A program made the translations under genes and the position numbers. The notes under the pieces were generated by a model. That model saw only the letters and a program-made list of their open reading frames with translations. It was not told where the DNA came from and did no database searches. Shown piece by piece: positions 1 through 9,618 of a stretch of DNA of 64,000 bases; position 1 is the stretch's first letter; the number at the start of each line of letters is the position of its first letter. Origin of the DNA: Patellaria atrata CBS 101060 (Eukaryota); assembly GCA_010093705.1 (NCBI GenBank), contig MU006118.1, positions 16,859 to 80,858 of the forward strand, given 5' to 3'.

Positions 1-120
1 ACATTGACCAGCATGGCCAACCTGGCGTCGACGTACAGGAATCAGGGGCGGTGGAAGGAAGCCGAAGAGCTAGACGCGCAAGTGATGGAGACGAGGAAGA
101 GAGTGCTTGAAGTGCTATGA
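1..120 (+). CDS. 3' end of a TPR-repeat protein (kinesin-light-chain-like TPR typical of fungal NLRs); gene starts before the window
   Basis: Frame 1 reads TLTSMANLASTYRNQGRWKEAEELDAQVMETRKRVLEVL*, matching the fungal NB-ARC/TPR repeat consensus (HPDTLTSMANLASTYxNQGRWxEAE). Confidence 0.8.
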   Translation, partial: TLTSMANLASTYRNQGRWKEAEELDAQVMETRKRVLEVL

Positions 121-820
121 AAAGCATTACCAGGTGAAGCATGGTTAGGTCAACAAGCAAGGACGAGCTGGTTCCTTAGTCCAGCGGCAGAAGGCACACA
201 GTGCCAGTCAGCCATAGTAAAAGGATATGCCAGAGGTTGTTCAAGACCGGACGCCGGTAGAGTATTTTATTAGATGGCCAAATCCCTACAGCCTTATTTT
301 GTATCTAATGTAGTTAGTATCTATCAGACTAAAGATTCTAGTAGAGAGGATAAATAGATATTTCTCCTACTATCTCACGCTAGTCATTAACACCGTTCCT
401 TTAATATAGCTACGTAGTAGGCATACACGCTATTGTCTACTTATTCTTGTCACTATCTGGGTCTATGATCGCTTAACTTGTTGTTTTTACTCGATTGAGT
501 ACTGCTTTGACCCATGCTACGTATCGAAGATACTCGTTGTGACAATTCTCATATATTTAAACACTCGTTAGAATACGTTAGTTATCAAATAATTAAGCGA
601 CTATTTTCAGTAATCCGTAATCTCACACGAGTTCTCCCATATCAATTGTGTGACTTCGTAGTGTAAATAGAACGTAGAGATCGTAAATTGATGATATCTA
701 CTACTACCTACGGTGTTGAGGAGATATAGTTAAGGAAAGAAAATATCGTGGGCCGAACGGCTCGCATATTCGTATTCCCTCGGCTGAACCTCGGGATGAC
801 TAATCACTACGAGCCAATTA

Positions 821-3800
821 ACGTGCTTCGCCAGTCAGTGGGACACCCCACCAAGATCAACCCTTCATAGAATTACTCCACTAACGTGGTTTGATCATCG
901 AGCCGGCCAGATCATCGCCACTTACCGACCACGTCGCGACCTTCAACTCTAAACCCTACTACACCGTTACAAAAACAATGTCTTCGCAAACCCGAGAAGC
1001 TAGAATCATCCTTGCCATCGAGGCTATCCAGAAAGCAAAAAATATGTCTATCTGCACTGCTGCGAAGACGTATAATGTCCCCCGAACGACCCTTACCGAT
1101 CGAATCAACGGACGCGTCGCGAGACCAAGAAATGGCCATACCGCTTTATACAACGCCGCCCAGAGCTTAAAACGCGTTTCTCTCGCGCATACGACTTCCA
1201 GCGAGCCCTCTGCGAAGATCCTAAGTTGATTGAGGACTGGTTTCTACTTGTGGCCAATATGCGTGCCAAGTATAGTATCCAAGATTGCGACTTCTATAAC
1301 TTTGATGAGACGGGCTTTATGATAGGGGTTATCTGTGCCAGTATAGTCGTTACACGTGCCGATTGACGTGGCCGAAGCAAGCAACTCCAACCAGGTAACC
1401 GGGAATGAGCGACTGCGATTGAGTACGTGGCAAGCGATGGCTTTTGCATCCCTCCATTCCTCATCGTCCAAGGCGTCAATCACTTCGCGTCTTGGTATAC
1501 GGAATGTGACCTCCCCCCTCCTTAGGTCATTAAGACGACTCCTAATGGCTGGACCGATAATGATACGGCCCTTGAATGGATTAGGCACTTCGATAAACAT
1601 ACCAGAGTCCGGCAACAAGGACTCTATCGGATGATTGTCCTTAACGGTCATGATAGCCACTCATCTGCCCAGTTTGAGAAATTCTGTAAAGCTAACAATA
1701 TTATTACCCTTTGCCTACCTGCACACTCCTCCCACCTTACCCAGCCTTTAGATGTTGGGTACTTTAGTGTATTGAAACGGCTATACGGTCGGGAACTCAA
1801 GGAATATATCAAAGCTCATATCACCCATATTACTAAGACGGAGTTCTTTATTACATTCAAAGCCGCCCACTTTAACGTAATAACGCTCCAAAATATCAAG
1901 GCTGGCTTCCGAGGTACTGGCCTAGTACCATATAACCCTTAAGTTGTAATATCGAAGCTAGATATCAAGTTACGGACACTAACACCTACTAGCTCCCCAC
2001 TCCCTAAGGCTGACCTATGGGTCTCTCAGACGCCATATAACCCAATAGAGGCCATTTCACAGTCCGAATATATACGAGGTCGAATCTCTAGGCATCAAGG
2101 AAGCTCTCCAACTCATATATTTTCGGCGATATCAAAATTAGCGAAAGGTACGGAGCTGATTGCCCACGAGATGACCCTTTTAGGTAACCGGGTACATACC
2201 CTTGAAAAGGCTAACGAGACCCTTTCAAAACGACGAAGAGCTAAAAAGACGCGCGTACGAGTTTGAGGTGCACTTACTATAGAGGATGCACAGGATCTAA
2301 TTACTCAGAAGGACGCTGGTCGACAGAAATCAGGTGAGAAGTTAGTGGAAGGAGGTGATAGAGAGACTGGACCGTCGACTTTACGGCATTATAGGGAGTG
2401 CGGTAAGAGTGGGCATAATATACGAACCTGCTAGGAGGTTAAGGAGACGTTAGATAAAGTCAGTTTAATTGATTATAATTTGTTTTAAAATATTGGGGTT
2501 GCGTAATTGAATTAGGAAGTTGCAGCGTGGTCGGAAAGTGGCCGACTCGATAATCTAGCCGGCTCGATAATCAACCACGTTACAACAAAACATATTCAAA
2601 TAAAATTATGCTTAGGAGCTACTTGAGACACTAGTGCATTGACGCCCTATATGGCCTTGGATATGGTAGTTAGAGCACGTTGGTGGTGCTCGCTATCGCG
2701 TCTAACTAGCCCGGTTCTGGTCGGCCTCCTGCTCCATATTTTCTAACTCCTCAGCTATGAGCTGGGCCTGCTGAGCCTGTAGAGCCCCTCCATGCGCGAT
2801 ATACCTTCGGCGGTGCTGTTGCTTCCGTTTTCGACGTTGATATTCCGTACAAAGCCCTAAATTCTCCTTTGCAAGTATGGTAGCGGAATGCATCGCCATC
2901 TGGCATCCTTTAACAAGTTGATTGATTGCTCGGCTAGTAGGGCTCTGTGACTGGTGCCGAAGGATGTCCCGTATAAGCTTTTCCTACTGCTCTAGCTGGG
3001 CAGTAGTATGTGGTGTTTCTAGAGTCCATTGAGGTGCTTCCCTTTCAGCCGTGCCTAGTGGAGTCAGAGTCTTCGTGATTGGAAGTGACGATATGACGTG
3101 CTCAGGGTCGTATAGCACTAGGCCCGTAGCAAGAGATCCGCTTCTAATATTCTAATCTATAAAGATAGATAGCCGTACCTTAGTATATATTGCTAGGAAG
3201 TCTTCTTTATCAATATAGTGGACTCTATGACGGGCGAGCTCTTAAACCTCGTGACCGTACGCAACCTTTAGAGGGGAGTAGCAGCTTACATCAAGCGGCT
3301 AAAGACGATGTGACGTATACGACGGCATGCAGAGGGTAATAATCTTATTTTCCATACAGTATTGGTCAAATTTAGGCGTTGCGTGGCTACTATGACCGTC
3401 AAGTATAAGTAGACGGTAGACCCCCTTTATATAAGACTTTGTATAGTTGTCAAAGTGCTTAATCCATTCGAATCCTAGTTTATCTGTTGTCCAGCCATTA
3501 TCGCTAACAGCGAGCATCTAGTCACCGGGTAGACCCTGATACTAGCTTGACTAGTGGAGCTTTCCTGGAAGGATAACGAAGGGCGGAATTGCCCACCCGG
3601 TGGCATTAACACATTCAATCACCGTTGACCATTCGCGATTGCCTGGTTGTATGAGAATTGCTCGGCCTATAGTATCAGAGCTTGTAACGACTTTTGATGT
3701 CGCAGATACACCCATCATAAATCCAGTCTCGTCAAAGTTGTGGCTATCTTCGTCTAGGATGCTATACTTCTGGCGCGTCGCGTTTACACGCCCATACCAC

Positions 3801-4249
3801 TCGCGAAATATGTCTCGATCTTCGCATTTCGCGCGTTGAGAATGGAACTTTCTATTCCATTTTGTCCGTAGGTCTGGCTGGTTGTTGATAAAGCGGCATA
3901 TCCAGTTCTTACCAACGGGTGTGGGAGGAGGATTCTGGCCGCGTGCCGCGAGTATATGGTCTGCCATTCGTCGTACGTCGATGATATGGGGCGGAAATCC
4001 GCGTCGGTCGAGATCTAGGGCCCATTCTACGAGTGCCTGCTGCTTAGATAGCTGTAGCTTTCGTTTTTGCGAATTAGACACGCACTGAGGTGTTATACCA
4101 TGTACGCGACGATGGAGAGTAGACTTTGGAACATCGTACAATCCAGCGGCCTTCCGGACACTTGAAATTCTGTATTCTTGAAGCGACTTAGTAGTAATAA
4201 GTAACCTACCTTCTTGCCGGAGCTTCTAGAGGTTCTATGTTAGTGGCGT
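821..4249 (-). mobile_element. Second pogo/Fot1 transposon (element B), interrupted by element A; 5' TIR lost
   Basis: Minus-strand transposase fragments at ~2610-4249: VPKSTLHRR, NFDETGF, PGNREW, SDNGWT, ILDGHSSH and a C-terminal CSNYHIQGH..QC remnant. A TA|ACGTG.. terminus at 819-821 lies just left of element A and is the likely 3' TIR. Confidence 0.8.
884..2580 (+). mobile_element. pogo/Fot1-family DNA transposon (element A), internally deleted and RIP-degraded
   Basis: Imperfect TIRs: ACGTGGTTTGATCATCGAGCCGGCCAGAT.. at 884 and ..ATCTAGCCGGCTCGATAATCAACCACGT ending at 2580. TA flanks both ends (882-883, 2581-2582). Transposase remnants run from ATG 978: HTH (AAKTYNVPRTTL), YNFDETGF, GHDSH, LPAHSSHLTQPLDVG and a C-terminal knuckle remnant (ECGKSGHNIRTC). 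Multiple stops and frameshifts. Confidence 0.95.
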
Positions 4250-4263
4250 TAGGGTTAGGGTTA
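4249..4263 (+). repeat. Short interstitial telomere-like tract (TTAGGG)2TTA
   Basis: The sequence ttagggttagggtta is read directly at the junction between element B and the next segment. Confidence 0.85.
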
Positions 4264-4299
4264 AGCCTCTAAAGGGTCCAAAAAGGAAAGCTTAAAAGC

Positions 4300-4935
4300 G
4301 TCAAAAAATACTGAAAATCCGGAGGGTATTAACTAGGCCGCTGCCGAGGCGTAGATCGACCTTTCTACCCAGCAATCTGTCGTAGAGGAAGACCAACTCT
4401 CATTCTCAAGTGGACGAGATGAAGTTGATGATGATATTGTACTTTTGACTCAACAGCATGAGCCTGAGCCTAAAGCTGTCAAGTTTACGTTCAGTTATAA
4501 GGCCGTAAGCGGAAAGGAAAACCTCCCGGGTTCCTTTACTATTGTTCGAGATACAGAGACATTTTTATTATGGAGTTAGACCGATTACAAAGGCGAGTAG
4601 TTGAAAAGACCTACCCACGAGAATGGCATGTTCTCAAGCTTGAGGCGACAGCCAGCTACGAGAAGATGAGAGTGTCTGATACTCAGACTTTTGAAGTTGA
4701 GAGCAGCCCTGATCTAGAGGAACTGATGGGTTTGTTAAAACTGTGGCGATCCAACTGGCCAAACCGTGCCTTGACGCTTGATTCCGTCTTACATGTTGAG
4801 GAGATTGAAGATAGTAGGTCAGAACCTGAGCCTGGGCCTAAGCCCCAGCCGCAATCTGGTCGTAGTAAAACACCGCGGAAGTCAGCGACTCAGCAACAGT
4901 TAGCTAGCACCGTAGAGTATCTTCCAGGCCTTTGA
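4300..4935 (+). pseudogene. Degraded ORF of unknown function, convergent with the third transposase (probably transposon-borne)
   Basis: ORF 4570-4935 plus an upstream frame-shifted part (..EEDQLSFSSGRDEVDDDIVLL..KFTFSYKAVSG..). It runs straight into the truncated 3' end of the minus-strand transposase near 4915. Confidence 0.45.
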
Positions 4936-6644
4936 GGCGAAATTTAAGCAGTTGGTTCTCGTTAATAGCTATTAGTATCGTATCTGTCAACTGCTAAGTT
5001 CTTAAGTCAAGGGCAGGCCTAACCACTTCCTTCAGGCGCCGTTTTATAGTCCTCCAGTTACTTGTGCTTACTGTTGACTCGTCTGATGACGATTCCTCGT
5101 GAACTAGAGTGGCTGGAAGGTCTATATCTGTGAATATCTTAAGTATAGTAGTTGGATTGAAGGGTTGTATGCCTGTTTTTGAGAAACCACTAAGGATATT
5201 CCTTGAAGTAAAGGCTTTCTTGAACGCAGGGAGGAATAACCGAAGAAAATCTCTTTTTGTAACGTTATATCTACCCTCACTCCTACTCTTGAGTAAATCA
5301 AGCTCCTGTCTGTAGTACGTAGCTAGAGGAGAAAAGAGAGATACATCAAGGGGTTAGAGCCTGTGGGTGGAATGAGCGGGGAAGTTTGCGAGTATAATAC
5401 GATGATTGATACAATAGTTGATAAATGGAAGAGTTAGGTGAGATCCGTGGCCATCAACGAGTAGTAATCTCCAGTCACGCCCGTTTCTAGCTTTTGCTTT
5501 TGTCTGAGGCTCAAAAACGTTGGTTAACCACTCCATTCCAAGCTGATTATTTGTCCAGCCAGTGGGGGAGGAAGCAAAAGAATACTCGTCAACTAGGGGC
5601 TTATAATCTTGGAACCACGTATCTTGGAGATGTTGAAGTATGGGTCCCCTGTTAGACTGAAGATCTTGGTGGAAAGGATAATCAAGTATATCTCCTACTG
5701 CCTTACGTTAGTTGTTAGCATCATTCCTTTAACACAGCTGCCTAGTAGGTATCAACCCTGTTGCCTGCATGTTCGCAGTTGCCTAGTAGGCATAAACGCT
5801 GTTACCTGCATGTTCTCATGTATTTAAACGCTCTTTAGAACAGTCATTAAAGAAGGGAGCGATTATCTTGATCATTTTTAGCACCCTTACGTCTGACAGG
5901 AGATCTCCCGATACGGCTTCATAGATCAGGGCAGGTGGAAGGGCAGTTCCGTCAGCATATATAGTAGCAACGAGTGTAATCCACTCTCTACTACCGTCTT
6001 GGATAACGTGCTTTAACCTCCTTGATTCCCACGCTGCTTTTGAGAAATATCTCCACTATTTTCCTAAAACTCCGATCATGAAGCCCTTCTCGTCCATATT
6101 ATAGAAGTTGTATTTTTGGATATTGTATTGCTTAATCTTCGCGCTTAAGATGTTATAGAATGTATTCCAGTGCTTTTCTGACTCAGCTGACTTTCGTACG
6201 ACGTCTATGGGGGTCAGATAGGCCGATTTTAATGCCCCAAGGTTGCCCTGGATCCAGCGGCTTGGCCATGAAAGTGACAGTAGCTTGCCTGCTATTACGC
6301 CTGCGTAGATTCGTACCATTGCTGGAGTAGGCGCTAGACCACGGATAGAAACGTCATTTATATAATTGACGAGAAGCCTGCTCTGGATATTATTAAGAAA
6401 TTGCTGATTTTCGTATACGGTATCCCTAGACTGTGTTTTATTCCTAAGCGCCTTGACAGCGTGGTACAATTAACTCCATATTCTTTAGTAATCCGAGTAA
6501 TATTTGGATCATCTGAGATACGTAATGCAGCAAGCGCCTCGTCAATTGGAGCCATATTGGTGGAGATATTTAATTTTGAAGTAACCATATAGCTTTGTGG
6601 GAATGCCGTGCAACAGCCGATCCGTGCACGACACCGCACAGACT
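4915..6644 (-). mobile_element. Third pogo-type transposon (element C), 3'-truncated and RIP-degraded
   Basis: ATG at 6555 (MAPIDEALAAL..EYGVNCTTLSRR), then YNMDEKGF, SSPTGWTNN, LLVDGHGSH and FPAHSTHRL*PLDV. A TIR-like end with repeated TGCACGG lies at ~6600-6644. Confidence 0.85.
5631..5898. mobile_element. Solo LTR (268 bp) inserted in the element C transposase
   Basis: Begins TGTTGA and ends TGACA, flanked by the 5-bp direct repeat GGAGA (5626-5630, 5899-5903). Removing it restores ..SGDLQDTWF.. in frame. It contains a ~40-bp internal tandem duplication. Confidence 0.9.
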
Positions 6645-6989
6645 TCTATCAGATTAGTAACCCTGGTTACACTGATGCCATAGTCCGTGGCGAAATAAGC
6701 AAGTAGCAAGTTAATCCTAGTTACCAATACTCTAACACATGAACGTCTTGTTGAAATAAAACTTCTTCCGAAACTGATAGCCCAAAGGGGATTTTTAAGT
6801 TAAGACAGGCAATCCACGGTTTATCAACTTTACCCTTCAAGTTTCCGGAAGGTCAAGGGAATGTCGACAAATATATCCATGGCCAATCTAAATAGTGTGC
6901 TATGGGGTGCGAAATATGGAAACATTTATAGACTATGGTCCGGTTTTAAGGGAGAAGTGTAGCTTCTCTCCGATCCTTTTATCTTTGCG

Positions 6990-8390
6990 GCTAATGAACA
7001 AGTTGAAGCAGTTTTTAGAGACTCGCACTTACATTACAAACCCCCCCGCGGACAAGCTCCTTGGATCTTGTGTTGGGCTTATCAATGGTCAGGACTGGAG
7101 ACTCATGTAAAGCATTCGAACAGCCCTTCCGACATCGAGATGTTGAGCTCTAGTGAAATTGAGGGTCACGTAAGGTGGCTGGATATCAGATGGTTGGGGA
7201 CCAGGATAAGTAAGACGGTTGAGCAGGCAATACTATAAGATAGCACAGGCACGCACTCCAGATAGTTGACAATCAATGAACACTCTTACCCTTCTATCTA
7301 CTACCTTAGCTCATACCTATGTGTATTTCATCAAGCTCCAATTTTGTCATATCAGATCTCTGATCCGGAAGTATCTAGCGTCTTTAGACCTATCTAGATC
7401 GGGACTTGACCCAGGAGAGGATCTGAAGTTTCTTCCTCTTCTTATAATAGCCAAGATTATGTATGGACACCTGGACCAAGATATGGAGCGCCAACTACTA
7501 GCACTAGTTCCTGAAAGAGAAGAAGTCTTCAATACCGTGATGAGGGGTGGACTTGCTCGTTTCTATCTCTAAGTCTTTGTCACTGGGCCGAAGCAGGCAA
7601 CTCCGGTGCTTCAAGGCCAAATGGGCTGCTGGAAATGATGAAGTATTTGTAAAAGTTCAAGCCGAATCAGTAAGATTGAAAAAGGGGGATAACAGGGTAC
7701 CAGTAATTGTTCTGTATAAATCCATGAACTGTAGAAACATGACGAAGGAGCAACTACTACAAACACTCGATGAGATACTCTTCACTAACTTAGATGTGAC
7801 AATGAGCAGCATCTCACGGAGTCTAGTCTTCTTTGCCCCTCATCCCGAATGCCAGGATCGAGTTCAACGAGAACTAAACACTACAGCTGTTGCAAGACAA
7901 AGAGATATAGTATCTAAGCCGGAATCTGAGCTATTCAGGGCTTGTATACTGTCTTCGACCACGTTTATACCTTCTTGCATATTCGAGTCCTCTCAACTCC
8001 ATCCAATCGCAGCTTTTACTGTTCCCCAAGCCACTCCTACAGCCCGAGTCATTTCGAACCACTCAATTCTCCTCGGTACGAGACTTCATCGTGGATTCTC
8101 ATTCTCTCAACATACGCAATGAATTTTGGAAATTAGATAACACTAAGAACCGCCCCGATAGATGATTGACGAATAACAAAGTGCGAGAAACAAGATACCG
8201 GTACTGGCGCTTTGGATTCGGACCGAGGCAGTGTCTGGGTAAATTCGTTGTAGATGTGATTATAAAGCTAATTCTAGTTAAGTTGCTTATAAACTAGTTC
8301 TTAGTTTCACAAATCAAGACGACGAAGAGTGTAAATGGGATAAAGATTCGTAGATCCACGATCCACAGATGCGTTTAAAGTGTACGAGGC
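6990..8390 (+). pseudogene. Cytochrome P450 pseudogene, GliC-like
   Basis: Fragments LLGSCVGLINGQDWR, DLKFLP, I-helix QTLDEILFTNLDVT, ESSQLHPIAAF and the heme motif FGFGPRQCLG (8211-8240). Several frameshifts and stops; boundaries are approximate. Confidence 0.85.
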
Positions 8391-9087
8391 AAGAAAGTGC
8401 TGAAAAATTTCAGTCATGGGTATCTTTATATTCGGCATACCACGGCCTCCGAAACCGCATGAAGCAGCTCACGCCCCATACATTCATTCGCTTCACCATG
8501 TTCCTTTCCGTAGAATGCTTGTCCTAAGAGTGGTATCCAAACAAACTCACCGAAGGCTATATATCGTGTAACTTTAACCATTCATGAGGCTCTTCTATAT
8601 ACCACCTGCTCTTCTTGTACTTCATACCCGGCTTGGATATGTCTTCAAGTGGAGCAAGCATTGCAATCACAAGGGGATCGACGGCGGGGGAGTTGCGTGC
8701 CAAGTTGCTTTCGCGACCAATAACGTCAAAGCGTGCTTCTTCGTTGTGGTCAGGGTCGAGAAGTACAAAGATTCGATCAACTACATCGACTTCACTTTGA
8801 GGATACAACTCTGCAAGTAATATAAACATATACAGTGGTGCGTTTGAAAGAGCGAATACGTGCATATGTATGCAAATCAACCGTCCTTCAGGAAGGTGTC
8901 TGAAGCCGTCCGGTAGACTTTTTAACTCACAATATCCATGCTACTTACTCGAAGAGAGATTTATAAACCCCATAATCGTCCTTCAGAATGGTCAAAGTTT
9001 TCTATCAGCAACCCTCAATTTCAAAGGGGTCTCCACTGTCTTCATTTGCCATCACATTCAGTGAGCAACAGATATCCCCATTCCAAC

Positions 9088-9618
9088 ATGAAGCTCCTCA
9101 CCTTCTCCCTCTTATCCTCCCTTATCCTCAGCGTCTCAGCTCTCCCATCTTCCACCACCCCTAGCTCTAAACGTCAAACGGCAACACTCAACGCGGCTAC
9201 CGACAGACTCCTCTTTTCTTCCACTATGTCGCAATTCCAGGCCGCACGAAATGCACGAAATCCCTCTGGTCTAGATTGGACTAGCGATGGCTGCTCCTCT
9301 TCTCCTGATAATCCCCTCGGGTTCAACTTCGTCCCAAGCTGCCAGCGTCATGACTTCGGTTATCGTAATTATAAAAGACAGAACCGGTTCGAAGCGGGGA
9401 AAGCGAGAATTGATTCGAACTTCCGCAACGACATGTACGACCAATGTACAAGAGAGAGTCCTTCAAGTGCTTGCAGAGTTGTCGCTGACATTTACTACAA
9501 TGCGGTGAAGAATTTCGGCGGAAGGGAAATCCCAGAGGAGATGACAGAGGAGGACGTGGAGAAGAAGTTCGTGGAGGCAGTTTTGGCCGGAAAGTTGGAA
9601 GAACACATGAAGAATTGA
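9088..9618 (+). CDS. Secreted phospholipase A2 (fungal/prokaryotic group XIV type)
   Basis: Signal peptide MKLLTFSLLSSLILSVSA, a KR processing site, and the motif LDWTSDGCSSSPDNP.GF.F..SC.RHDFGYRNY with the catalytic His-Asp dyad. Confidence 0.92.
   Translation: MKLLTFSLLSSLILSVSALPSSTTPSSKRQTATLNAATDRLLFSSTMSQFQAARNARNPSGLDWTSDGCSSSPDNPLGFNFVPSCQRHDFGYRNYKRQNRFEAGKARIDSNFRNDMYDQCTRESPSSACRVVADIYYNAVKNFGGREIPEEMTEEDVEKKFVEAVLAGKLEEHMKN

Noticed and set aside
260..820. Further degraded solo LTRs (also the TTACA/CTAACA ends at ~6671 and ~6737)
   Set aside because: The termini are LTR-like and the composition is RIP-like, but I could not match any TSD pair.
8557..8880. 107-aa minus-strand ORF between the P450 relic and PLA2
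   Set aside because: No recognisable domain. It could be a gene fragment, but I cannot support a call.
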